A DNA stretch of 64,000 nucleotides, taken from NCBI GenBank assembly GCA_021817245.1, contig JAKAVQ010000006.1, forward strand, positions 66,001 to 130,000. Reading direction: 5' to 3'. Shown in pieces: positions 30,197 through 39,554 of the stretch. The notes below the pieces were generated by a model. The model saw only the letters and a list, made by a program, of their open reading frames with translations, ran no database searches and had not been told where the DNA came from. The DNA comes from Thermoplasmata archaeon. GTDB taxonomy: Archaea; Thermoplasmatota; Thermoplasmata; Lutacidiplasmatales; UBA184. How positions within the stretch are numbered: position 1 is the stretch's first letter; the number at the start of each line of letters is the position of its first letter. The position numbers and the translations under genes were made by a program.

Positions 30197-31837
30197 TTAG
30201 AATCCGAAGTGAACGACCTCCGTGCTCCAGACCGACGGGGCCTTGTCGAACTCGGTGACGCCCCACGCGGTCGGGTTGATCGAACCGCTCGGGAAGTAGT
30301 ATTGGGCCCCAGAGTAGTCCCCGTACCGTTGAGACGTGTCGTACGACACCCCCGAGAACACGAGGGTCGGGCCCCGGAAGGTACCGAACACGTCGGTGGA
30401 GAACTGACCCGTGACCGCGACGCTCGGGTAGCTAAGGGGACCCGAGAAGCCGACGATCATGAGGTACCCCGGGCCCAACCCGGGCAGCGCCGTGAGCGCT
30501 CCGTAGAAGAGGTAGTACCCGGCCACGCCGGTGTCCGTGTCCTGGGCCATGTAGTTGATATCGGTACTGATCTCGTCCACACGGACGCACGCCCGCGCGG
30601 TGTTGTCGCCCACGGGGATGCACGAGGTACTGTAGGTCACCCACAGAGAGCCACCGGATCCGGTGTGCGCCCAACTGACGGACTGCACTCGGCCATCATC
30701 GGTGGTGATGAGGGCGGCCGTCCCCGCCTGGGGAGCACCCGGAACGAACCCCGTATTCGCAATCGGATAGACGTAGATCGACTGGAGCGCCACCGACCCC
30801 GGAAGCCCGAACGTCGCGTACACCCAGAGACTCGTGGACCCGGAGACGCCGCCGGTGGTCGCCCAGTAGAGGAGGGGACTACCGGTGCCATTGTTCGTCA
30901 CCGAACGCGCGGGATGGACCGAGGCGTACGAGCTCCCGGTGGAGATGACGCCGACCTGGAAGCTAAACGTCCCTTTCATCATCTTCGCCGCGCCGAACAC
31001 CGATCCGATCGAGCCGTAGAACGTGGTGAACGTGGAGTCGTACTGATTCGTGTCGACCCCGATATCCTGCGTCGTGAAGCCGAAGACCGGTTGATCCATG
31101 TAGTTGGCGTATCCGTTGAAACCCTGGCCGTAGTAGTAGACCCAGCAGGACCCGACCGCCGAGTTGGCCTGCGAGATGGCGATGTAGCCCGTGTTCGTCG
31201 TGAAATCGACGGCGGTGAAGATGAACCGTCCCCCGCTGAAACTGTAGCAGAGCGCCTGGACGTCACTGACGCTGTCCGTCGTAGGGAGCGAGAAGAAGGC
31301 GTTGAGGGTCACGGGCCCGGCCAAGAGCTTACCGGTGAGTGTGGTCACCCGGAGCTCCGAGTTCACGACCTCGAGGACGGTCGTCTTGTTGACCGCCATC
31401 TGGGAGTCTGGGGGGTAAAAGCCGTCGTCGGCGATTCCGGTGAATCTGCTCTTCACGGCCGGGGAGGTCGTCGCGAGCGGCAGGGCAGCCGTGCCCGCTC
31501 CCCCGGCACTCGAGCCGGCCGCCTGGACCGTCCCCGAGCTCCCACCGACGGTCTTCGCGGCTCCGACCGGCGGAAGGGTCGTCGCCCCCAGGGGGAAAGA
31601 ACGCACGCCCTTTGCCCCGCCCTTCCCGACCGCTCGCGCCGTCGCTCCGAATGACCCCGGAGCGACGAGATGACCCCGTTCGTCCAAACCCCCGGCCTTC
31701 ACCGTGGACCGGGCGTGGATGCCGGCCGTGGCGACCACCAAGCCCCCCTGAAGGGGACCGGCCGTGGCCAGGAGACATCCCACGATCGCCACAGCGAGGG
31801 CGGCCACCAGCCACCGTCGCCTCACCTTGCCTCGCAT
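30197..31837 (-). CDS. Secreted Thr/Gly/Tyr-rich beta-rich protein of unknown function
   Basis: Signal peptide after MRGKVRRR, PPDSQMAV, DQP, RYGDYSG motifs; strong codon bias. Confidence 0.75.
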   Translation of the reverse strand: MRGKVRRRWLVAALAVAIVGCLLATAGPLQGGLVVATAGIHARSTVKAGGLDERGHLVAPGSFGATARAVGKGGAKGVRSFPLGATTLPPVGAAKTVGGSSGTVQAAGSSAGGAGTAALPLATTSPAVKSRFTGIADDGFYPPDSQMAVNKTTVLEVVNSELRVTTLTGKLLAGPVTLNAFFSLPTTDSVSDVQALCYSFSGGRFIFTAVDFTTNTGYIAISQANSAVGSCWVYYYGQGFNGYANYMDQPVFGFTTQDIGVDTNQYDSTFTTFYGSIGSVFGAAKMMKGTFSFQVGVISTGSSYASVHPARSVTNNGTGSPLLYWATTGGVSGSTSLWVYATFGLPGSVALQSIYVYPIANTGFVPGAPQAGTAALITTDDGRVQSVSWAHTGSGGSLWVTYSTSCIPVGDNTARACVRVDEISTDINYMAQDTDTGVAGYYLFYGALTALPGLGPGYLMIVGFSGPLSYPSVAVTGQFSTDVFGTFRGPTLVFSGVSYDTSQRYGDYSGAQYYFPSGSINPTAWGVTEFDKAPSVWSTEVVHFGF

Positions 31838-32098
31838 GTTTCCTCTTCTTCTGCCCCCGTCGCCATCACACCGCGATCCCGGGGGGTCGGCAGTGCCAAC
31901 CTCCTTCGAGGGGCGGAGGCGACGGCAAAACCGGAACAACTCCCCCGTTCAAGCGGGTGCCGCCGACCGGCTCGGCAGAATGGGCGTTTTCTTCCTCCCG
32001 GGACCCGTTTCTAAGGGATTCCGAGGCAAAACCCTCAGAACGGCAACGGAGGCGACTTCGCGTAGGTTTTTGAGCCACGTATAACTCCCGGAGCCCCG

Positions 32099-33196
32099 AT
32101 GCTCGGGTCCGTGGACGCGGCCATCTACCGCGCCCTCTTCCGGGACTCGGAGGCTCGGTTCTGGGGTTCCCGAGCGGTCGTCGACCCTCGTCTCAGTCTT
32201 GCCGAGGTCTCCCGGCGTACGGGGATCGCCCGGACGACGGTGCAGGCGCGATTCTCCCTCTGGCGTCGGGGGGATTCTGGTTGGGTCATGAGGTCTGGGC
32301 GAACCCGGCGCTCTTCGGGGCCCGCGTCGCGACCGTGGACCTCGCGGTCGAGAGCCCTTCCGAGGTGGACCGCTTGATGTGCGACCTGTCCGAGGTCGAG
32401 GGGGTGCTCTCGGCCCGCGACCTGCAGGACGAGGGCGGACGGACCGTGCGGGTCCACCTGGTGGACGACGGGCCGCGCGAGCTCGCCCGGAGGCTCCGCC
32501 ACTTGCGGAGGCTGGCCGTGACGGGTCCCGGATCCGGTCGCGCAACCGTTCTGGGTGCCTCGCCCCGCTCGGGAGTTGAGCGGCCTCGATTGGCGGGTCG
32601 TGGCGTGCTACCGCACGTTCCCCGGCGCTACGCTTACGGAGGCCGCGGCCAGCCTAGGGATCACGCCGAAGACCCTCGCGCAGCGACGCAGTCAGCTCGT
32701 CGAGCAGAACGCCCTCTGGTGGATGCTCAACACGAACACCTCGAAGTTCCCTACGGCGGCGTTCTACCTTCGCCTGCGCGATCCCGCGTTGCGGGAAGAG
32801 GTGAAGTCTCGGCTCCTTTCGGAGGTGGTGGGTTGGATACCGTGCGCCGACGATGGGTTCGGTCGGTCGCCAGGCCCCGAGCTCGACATGGTCGCCGGCC
32901 TGGCGCTCGTCGAGACCCCGGCCTCGGACGATGACGTCGCGCGACGGATCGCGGGGGTGAGCGGGGTGGCCGCGGTACGCTGGAGAATCCCGAGACGGTT
33001 CCGTTCGTATCCCGACTGGTTGGACCGGCAGCTGCGCGCCCAAATGACCGAGCGGACCCTCCGAACCATCCGGACTCGCGTTCCGGATTCCCCGCGGATG
33101 CTCGATCCCCTGGGAGTCCTCGCGGCGCCCCAGCGAGGACCGCGGGGACCCGGGCTGATCCCCCCGGCCGCGGCGGGACCCGCTCGACCGAACTAG
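32099..33196 (+). pseudogene. Double winged-helix (Lrp/AsnC-like) regulator split by two compensating frameshifts
   Basis: HTH LAEVSRRTGIARTTVQAR in frame A, FWLGHEVWANPALFG in frame B, then back in frame A PFWVP...LSGLDWRVV...LTEAAASLGITPKT. Confidence 0.65.
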
Positions 33197-33704
33197 GGAC
33201 CGAAGGATTCCGGTGGCTACTCACGCCATCACCACGACCTTCCGGCCCTGCTCGCTCGCCGTGAGGGTTCGGGGGCCGAGATTCAGGGGTCGGTGGCGAT
33301 ATTCGCTCCTGGCGGTCCCAGTGCCCGACGTTCGAGCCCGGGCCGGGGTCGTCGCGACGATCTTGCTACGACCCCTCCGCACCGGGAACGGCAAGGGCTC
33401 CAGGTTGAAGGAGTAGGAGCTGAACCCGCCCGTCGCGGAAGAGGGACTCGGGGAGCTCTGCGGGTCATTGACCGACGCGGCGGCCCGAATCCAACGGGAC
33501 CTGGACGCTTGCCCGGCGAGGGGACAAACCCCCATTCCCGACGGGCCGCGAAGGTCGAAGCTAAGTAGCGTTGCCAATACGGGAATCCTGATGAATCGGG
33601 TTAGGGCCTTAATATACCCCCAGATTTTCGGGGATTCCCGGAACGGCCCGGGCCCGGCACGCAAGTCCGGCCCCGAGCTCGACGTCGTACGTTAGGAAGA
33701 CCCC

Positions 33705-33950
33705 ATGGCATTCCTCGATCGAGCGCGGCGAGTACAGGACGAGTTCGACGGGCGTCTCAGGACCGTCGGGCACGGGAAGTACGGCCGCATCCTCCGCATG
33801 GCCCGTCGGCCGACCTCGGAGGAGTACGTGAAGGTGCTCCAGGTCACCTGGCTCGGCGCGATCCTGATCGGGCTCACCGGCTTCGCGATCTACATCTTCT
33901 TCACCCAGGCCGGCCCGTGGCTCTGGGCCAACTACCTCTCGGGCCTCTAG
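33705..33950 (+). CDS. secE: Protein translocase subunit SecE/Sec61-gamma
   Basis: YGRILRMARRPTSEEY, TM GAILIGLTGFAIY; located upstream of spt5. Confidence 0.93.
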   Translation: MAFLDRARRVQDEFDGRLRTVGHGKYGRILRMARRPTSEEYVKVLQVTWLGAILIGLTGFAIYIFFTQAGPWLWANYLSGL

Positions 33951-33971
33951 GGTCCGAGGAGGCTTTCACGG

Positions 33972-34976
33972 ATGACGAACGGAACCTCGGAAGAGGAGGG
34001 CATCGGCCTGCTCACCCCGCAGGCGGAGAAGCCCGTCCCGAAGCCGACGGTGGCGCCGCCCCCGGTCGCCCCCGCGGCGCCGGCCGCTCCGCCGACCCCG
34101 CCCGCGCCGCCGAAGGTCGATCTTACCGGCCTCCTTTCGCTCAAGGCCGCCGACGACACGACCCGCGAGGTCACCGCCGGCACGGTCACGACGCTGAGCG
34201 CGGTGCTGCTGAGCCGCGCCGCTGAGCCGGTCTCGGTCAGTCTCTCGATCGAGGTGGGGTACACCTCGACCTACCCCGGCGAGGGGGCCGAGTGGCCCGT
34301 ACGCTGGCTCCCTCCGGGCAAGCGGAGCTCGGTCGAGCTCTTTCCCCGCAAGGAGACCCACGCGATCTCCCTCGCCCCGAACACCGGCCAGCCGCTCTCC
34401 TTCGAGATCACCGCGCCGGTCGGCGTGCGCTACGGCGACCGGGTCGAGGTCCGGCTGGGCGTCACCGGTCCGAGCGGCGGCGCGCCGGTCCGGCTCACCC
34501 TCGCATGCGTCGCGCGGCAGGCCGTCCTCGCGATCAAGACCTCCCGAGGGTACGAGCGCGAGGTCGCCGACACGCTGCTCGCCCGCGCGGAGGAGAAGGC
34601 CGATGTCGTCTTTTCCCTCCTCGTCCCGTCGTCGCTGCGCGGGTACGTCTTTGCCGAAGGAATGAGCTTCGAAGGCGTCCGCGAGATGCTAAAGGGGATC
34701 CGCAAGGCGCGTGGCCTCGTCGAGGGCGAGACGACCCTCAAGGAGGTCGAGCCGCTCCTCGTCCCGAAGATCACGGTCGAAGGGTTCGTCGAAGGGGCGA
34801 TCGTGGAGCTGATCTCGGGCCCGTTCAAGGGCGAGAAGGCTCGGGTCAAGAAGATCGACCAGGCGAAGGAGGAGATCACGGTGGAACTGATCGAGGCCGT
34901 CGTCCCGATCCCGGTGACGGTGCGCGGAGACCACGTCCGCATGCTGGAGAGGGGAGGTGCGAAGGGTGGCGGTTGA
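33972..34976 (+). CDS. spt5: Transcription elongation factor Spt5 with ~185-aa N-terminal extension
   Basis: NGN domain (KTSRGYEREVA, LRGYVFAE), KOW domain (GAIVELISGPFKGEKARV), PIPVTV. Confidence 0.93.
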   Translation: MTNGTSEEEGIGLLTPQAEKPVPKPTVAPPPVAPAAPAAPPTPPAPPKVDLTGLLSLKAADDTTREVTAGTVTTLSAVLLSRAAEPVSVSLSIEVGYTSTYPGEGAEWPVRWLPPGKRSSVELFPRKETHAISLAPNTGQPLSFEITAPVGVRYGDRVEVRLGVTGPSGGAPVRLTLACVARQAVLAIKTSRGYEREVADTLLARAEEKADVVFSLLVPSSLRGYVFAEGMSFEGVREMLKGIRKARGLVEGETTLKEVEPLLVPKITVEGFVEGAIVELISGPFKGEKARVKKIDQAKEEITVELIEAVVPIPVTVRGDHVRMLERGGAKGGG

Positions 34977-35433
34977 AGTGAGCATCCTGGTGGAAGGCGG
35001 TAAGGCCGCGGCCGGGGCGACCTTGGGCTCGGCGCTCGGGCCACTCGGCGTCAACGTCGGCCAGGTCGTCCAGAAGATCAACGAGGAGACCAAGCAGTTC
35101 CTCGGCATGCGGGTCCCGGTCATCATCCGGGTCGACCCGAACACGAAGGCGTTCACGCTCGCGGTGGGCCGTCCGCCGGTCGCCGCGCTCCTCCTGAAGG
35201 AGGCGAAGAAGGAGAAGGGAGCCGGCAAGCCGAAGACCGAGGTCGTCGGCGACGTGCCGCTGGAGGCGATCCGGAGGATCGCCGAGGCGAAGGGAGAGGA
35301 CCTCTACGGGCGGACGATCGAGGAACGGGTCAACCAGGTCCTCGGGACCTGCGTCTCGCTGGGCCTCTCCGTCGGCGGAGAGGACCCGCGGTCGGTCCTG
35401 AAGGCACGGATCTCGGCCCGGGGCGCCCGATGA
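34966..35433 (+). CDS. rpl11: 50S ribosomal protein L11 (uL11)
   Basis: LVEGGKA, LGPLGVN, INEETK.F.GM.VPV, GTCVSLG; GGAGGTG RBS before GTG. Confidence 0.95.
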   Translation: MAVEVSILVEGGKAAAGATLGSALGPLGVNVGQVVQKINEETKQFLGMRVPVIIRVDPNTKAFTLAVGRPPVAALLLKEAKKEKGAGKPKTEVVGDVPLEAIRRIAEAKGEDLYGRTIEERVNQVLGTCVSLGLSVGGEDPRSVLKARISARGAR

Positions 35434-35729
35434 TGGGAGCGCCGGGCGGGACTCCGCCCGACCTCTCCAACGCCGAGATCGTCGACTACCAGGTGATCGA
35501 GGGCGACGGGCGCGTGCGCCTGAAGCTCAAGGACGGATCGGTCGTCGAGATCCGCCTCGAGATCATGAACATCCTGAGGGCCGGCAACGACCCGAACACG
35601 GGCCTTCCCGCCTACATCGTTCAATCGGCGCCGCTCGTGCGGCTCGTCGAATGCCCTAAGGAGCTCCGGAGGCCCCCGCTGCGTCCCGGTGGAAAGCCGG
35701 ACGGCAAGGCGATCCCGGGGTTCGGTTAA
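35430..35729 (+). CDS. Hypothetical protein translationally coupled to rpl11
   Basis: ATGA start/stop overlap, good codon bias, beta-rich LKLKDGSVVEIRL. Confidence 0.7.
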   Translation: MMGAPGGTPPDLSNAEIVDYQVIEGDGRVRLKLKDGSVVEIRLEIMNILRAGNDPNTGLPAYIVQSAPLVRLVECPKELRRPPLRPGGKPDGKAIPGFG

Positions 35730-35815
35730 GACCCCCCGCCGACCGTCGGGAGTCCCCATAGACGAAAAACAGGGCTCCGGGAGCCCCAAGCCCCCGGAGC
35801 GGGGAAAGGGCCGTC

Positions 35816-36304
35816 CTACTGGACGGCGATCTTGACCTCGGAGCTCTGCGGCGTCGGGTGCTGCTTCGGCAGCTCGAGTTCGAGGAGTCCGTTCTCCACC
35901 TTTGCCTTCGCATCGGTCGCCACGACCGGTTCGGGGAGCTCGAGGCTGCGGTAGTAGCCGGCGTAGGCCCGCTCGCGGTGGACGTACGCCGCTTCCTTCT
36001 GCTCGGTCTCGGACGCGCTCTCGCCGCGGATCTCGACGAGGTTCCCACGGACCCGGATGTCGAGCTTCTCCTTCGGGATGCCGGGGATCTCGGCGACGAT
36101 CTTGTACGCCGAGCCGGTGTCGCTCACGTCGGTCCGGGCCGCGCGGAACAGGCTCGGCTCGGTGGCCCCGATCGCGGAGTACGGTCGCCCGAAGGGAGCG
36201 ATCTCCCAGCTCTCGAAGAACCGGTTCCGCATCTCGTCGAACCACTGGTCGAGGTCGGTCCACGGGTCGCGCGCCTTCTCACGCTTCTGGATCTCTCTCG
36301 TCAT
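35816..36304 (-). CDS. Small heat shock protein Hsp20 (alpha-crystallin domain)
   Basis: AEIPGIPKEKLDI, YYRSLELPEPV, AKVENGLLELELPK, KIAVQ. Confidence 0.95.
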   Translation of the reverse strand: MTREIQKREKARDPWTDLDQWFDEMRNRFFESWEIAPFGRPYSAIGATEPSLFRAARTDVSDTGSAYKIVAEIPGIPKEKLDIRVRGNLVEIRGESASETEQKEAAYVHRERAYAGYYRSLELPEPVVATDAKAKVENGLLELELPKQHPTPQSSEVKIAVQ

Positions 36305-36339
36305 GGTACCCTCAAGGGCTCTCACTTCAGATATGTTTG

Positions 36340-36364
36340 CATTACTATATAATAGATTGTAATG
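36340..36364 (-). promoter_or_regulatory. hsp20 promoter: TATA box inside an inverted repeat CATTACTAT-N7-ATTGTAATG
   Basis: AT-rich island; arms match 8/9; TTATATA on the minus strand ~45 nt upstream of the ATG. Confidence 0.55.
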
Positions 36365-36881
36365 GCCCGGTCCCAACCGCCGTGGATGCCGGGACTCCGG
36401 CACTCCACTCGAGCAGGACAAAGCGCGCGAACGCACGCGCACAGTCGAGGGCCCCGGCGGAAAGCGGACCCTCGAGGGTCTCGACCTCGAGACGGAGCGG
36501 TCGTGGGTAGACGAACAGGCTACGCGCGCGGCAAGCCTCCTCGATGTCGCCGGCGGCCCCGGGCCGGATCCACCGTTCGGCACGCCGGCGCTCTTCGTCC
36601 GTGCGGCCGAGCGGCCCGTAGGTGTCGAACACCACAACGGCCCTCAGGTCCCCCGTGCCGGGTCCGAGACCCCGGACGAAGCGGGCGACCGGCCGGGTCA
36701 TCCGGCCGAGGTGCGTCGGGCCTCCGAGGAAGAGAAGTTCGGAGCCGGTCGGGACTCCCGATCCCTCCCGAAGGGGCCACATCTCGACCGCATGCCCTTC
36801 GTCCCGGACTTCCCCGGCGATCGCCTCGGCGACCGATCGGGTGTTGCCGTAGACGCTGTCGTAGGCGACCGCGACCTTCAT
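36345..36881 (-). CDS. Flavodoxin-like protein
   Basis: YDSVYGNTRSVAEAI FMN-binding loop, LGGPTH, VFDTY. Confidence 0.85.
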   Translation of the reverse strand: MKVAVAYDSVYGNTRSVAEAIAGEVRDEGHAVEMWPLREGSGVPTGSELLFLGGPTHLGRMTRPVARFVRGLGPGTGDLRAVVVFDTYGPLGRTDEERRRAERWIRPGAAGDIEEACRARSLFVYPRPLRLEVETLEGPLSAGALDCARAFARFVLLEWSAGVPASTAVGTGPLQSII

Positions 36882-37018
36882 CGCACGGTTCCGCGGTACG
36901 GAATCTCCCTTCGGAAAGAGCGGGGACCTACCTCTTGAGCGCCCCGTCAACCCCGGCTCACGCGACGGTCCATCGGAGTTTCGGACCCCGCGGCGGAAAG
37001 ACCATACCTCGAGCGGCC

Positions 37019-38227
37019 ATGCCGCTCGCGACGGCAACGCCGCAGGCCGGCTTCGGAGGGCAGGTCGTGGAGGAGGTGAGGGTCGGCGAGCGGCGCACGC
37101 TCGACCGGCAGCGGTTCTCCCGGCTGTTCGAGGCGCTCGCGGGCGCGGGGTACTCGATCGTCGGACCGACCGTGCGCGATGGGGCGATCGTCTACGACCA
37201 GATCCGGTCGGTCGAGGACCTTCCGATCGGCTGGACGGACCGCCAGAGTGGGGGGAGCTACCGGCTCGAGCGGCGGGGCGACGCGGCGCTCTTCGGCTAC
37301 ACGGTCGGCCCGTCCTCCTGGAAGAAGTACCTCTTCCCCGCGCGAGAGCGCCTCTGGACAGCGACCCGCATCGGCGACTCGTTCACGGTCCGCCCCGAGC
37401 CGGTCGAGCCCACCCGGCTCGCCTTTTTCGGGATGCGGGCGTGCGAGCTTTCGGCGCTCGCCGTGACCGACCGCGTGTTCGCGGGCGGCCCGGTGACCGA
37501 CCCCGGCTACCGGACCCGGCGCTCCTCGATCCTGCGCATCGCAGTGCAGTGCGGGCAAGCGGGCGGGACCTGCTTCTGCGTCTCGATGGGCACGGGGCCC
37601 GGCGTACGGGATGGGGCGGACCTCGTGCTGACCGAGATCCTGGACGCGGGGCCGCACCGCTTCCTGCTCGAGCCACGGACCGAGGAGGGGGCCGCGGTCC
37701 TGTCGCGGATCGCCTCGGAGCTCGTGCCCGCCGCGGCGGGGGAGGCCCGCATCGCGGAGGCGATCGTCGCCCGGACGGCGGCGTCGATGGGCCGCACGAT
37801 GGAGGCGACCGGTCTCCGCGAGCTCCTCCGGGAGAATCTCGAACACCCGCGCTGGCAGCTCGTCGCGGCTCGCTGTCTCTCCTGTACCAACTGCACCATG
37901 GTCTGCCCCACGTGCTTTTGCAGCGCGCAGGAGGAGGTGCCGGACCTCGACGTCACGAAGGTCGAGCGCTGGCGACGCTGGGACTCCTGCTTCAACCTCG
38001 CGTTCACCGAGCTCCACGGGGCGAGCGTCCGCAAGACCGGCCTCTCCCGGTACCGTCAGTGGCTGACCCACAAGCTCGGGACCTGGCACGACCAGTTCGG
38101 CACGTCCGGTTGCGTCGGCTGCGGCCGCTGTATCACCTGGTGCCCGGTCGGGATCGACCTCACGGAAGAGATCGGGGCGATCCGCGCCGGCCCAGGGCCG
38201 GCGGCCGCACCGGGAGGGAAGCCGTGA
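37019..38227 (+). CDS. hydB: Group 3b [NiFe]-hydrogenase beta subunit (HydB, 4Fe-4S dicluster)
   Basis: SWKKYLFP, GMRACEL, CFCVSMG, CLSCTNCTMVCPTCFC, WDSC, CVGCGRCITWCPVGID. Confidence 0.92.
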   Translation: MPLATATPQAGFGGQVVEEVRVGERRTLDRQRFSRLFEALAGAGYSIVGPTVRDGAIVYDQIRSVEDLPIGWTDRQSGGSYRLERRGDAALFGYTVGPSSWKKYLFPARERLWTATRIGDSFTVRPEPVEPTRLAFFGMRACELSALAVTDRVFAGGPVTDPGYRTRRSSILRIAVQCGQAGGTCFCVSMGTGPGVRDGADLVLTEILDAGPHRFLLEPRTEEGAAVLSRIASELVPAAAGEARIAEAIVARTAASMGRTMEATGLRELLRENLEHPRWQLVAARCLSCTNCTMVCPTCFCSAQEEVPDLDVTKVERWRRWDSCFNLAFTELHGASVRKTGLSRYRQWLTHKLGTWHDQFGTSGCVGCGRCITWCPVGIDLTEEIGAIRAGPGPAAAPGGKP

Positions 38228-38694
38228 GCTCCCGGACGACGGAGGACTTTCGCGAGGCGGTCCGTCGGCACCCATTCCTCGAGGGCCTCGACCCGGCGTT
38301 CCTCGACGCGATGGTCCGCCTTGGGGTCGAACGTCGGTTCCGGGTGGATGAGCATCTGGCGCGCGAAGGTGCGCCCGCGAACGTGCTCTACATCCTCCTC
38401 GACGGAAAGGTCGCGCTCGAGGTCGGGGCCGCGGACCATCCGGCCCTCACCGTCCAGACGGTCGGGGCCGGCGAGGTCCTCGGCTGGTCCTGGCTCGTCG
38501 CGCCGTACCGCTGGCGCTTCGATGCCCGTGCGGTGAAGCCGGTGCATGCCGTGGAGATCGAAGGGGGGGCGCTGCGTCGTCTCCTCTCCGAGCACCCGGA
38601 CTGGGGCTACCAGTTCCTGCTGCGATTCCTTCCCGTCCTGGCCGAACGCCTCGAGAACACGCGCATCCAGCTCCTGGACATCCATGCTCGCTGA
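38224..38694 (+). CDS. Cyclic-nucleotide-binding domain protein within the hydrogenase operon
   Basis: REGAPANVLYILLDGKV, GEVLGWSWL, FDARA; GTGA overlap with hydB. Confidence 0.88.
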   Translation: MSSRTTEDFREAVRRHPFLEGLDPAFLDAMVRLGVERRFRVDEHLAREGAPANVLYILLDGKVALEVGAADHPALTVQTVGAGEVLGWSWLVAPYRWRFDARAVKPVHAVEIEGGALRRLLSEHPDWGYQFLLRFLPVLAERLENTRIQLLDIHAR

Positions 38695-39550
38695 CGTGGC
38701 CCCGGACCCCACCAGTTCCGCCGCCGCCGGCCACCCGCTCGCCCCCCTCCCGTACCGGGTGCGCGCCGTGGCGACCGAGACCGCGGACACCACGACCCTC
38801 ACCATCGAGCCCCGTTCGACCCGTAGCGTTCCGGCCCCCGCCCCCGGCCAGTTCGTAATGTTGTACGCGTTCGGCGTCGGGGAATCCCCGATCGGGGTCA
38901 GCGCGCACCGCGCCGACGGCACCCTGGTCCACACGGTGCGGAACGTGGGGAAGGTGACGTCGGCGCTCGCCCGCCTCACTCCCGGAGACACGGTCGGCGT
39001 CCGCGGTCCGTACGGGAGGGGCTGGCCGCTTCAAGAGGCCCGGGGCCAGGACCTCGTGATCGTCGCGGGAGGCCTTGGCCTCCCGCCGCTCCGACCGGTA
39101 CTGTACGAGGTCTTCGAGAACCGGGACCGGTACGGGCGGGTCGAGGTCATCTACGGGGCGCGGACCCCCAAGGACCTCATCTACTACGAGGAGCTCCAGA
39201 GCTGGCGGCGACGCAGCGATCTGCGAATCCAGGTCACGGTCGACGCGGCGGGGCGAGACTGGTACGGTGACGTCGGGGTCGTTACGACCCGACTTCCCGA
39301 CGTGCGGTTCGACGGTTCCCGCACGTCCGCGTTCATCTGCGGCCCCGAGATCATGATGAGACTCACCGCCCAGGCCGTGGTCGCGCGGGGGGTCCGCCCC
39401 GAGGCCACCTGGGTCTCGATGGAGCGGAACATGAAATGCGCGGTGGCCCTCTGCGGGCACTGCCAGTTTGGCCCCACGTTCGTCTGCCGGGACGGTCCGG
39501 TGCTGAGCTACCGGGCGCTCGAGCCGTTCCTCGCGGTCAAGGAGGTGTAA
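38684..39550 (+). CDS. hydG: Group 3b hydrogenase gamma subunit (FAD/NAD(P)-binding, 2Fe-2S)
   Basis: [45 protein letters not shown]...C.DGPV. Confidence 0.92.
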   Translation: MLADVAPDPTSSAAAGHPLAPLPYRVRAVATETADTTTLTIEPRSTRSVPAPAPGQFVMLYAFGVGESPIGVSAHRADGTLVHTVRNVGKVTSALARLTPGDTVGVRGPYGRGWPLQEARGQDLVIVAGGLGLPPLRPVLYEVFENRDRYGRVEVIYGARTPKDLIYYEELQSWRRRSDLRIQVTVDAAGRDWYGDVGVVTTRLPDVRFDGSRTSAFICGPEIMMRLTAQAVVARGVRPEATWVSMERNMKCAVALCGHCQFGPTFVCRDGPVLSYRALEPFLAVKEV

Positions 39551-39554
39551 GCTG

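Noticed and set aside
33221-33664. Minus-strand 147-aa ORF between the broken regulator and secE
   Set aside because: No recognisable motif, atypical composition, and it spans the secE promoter.
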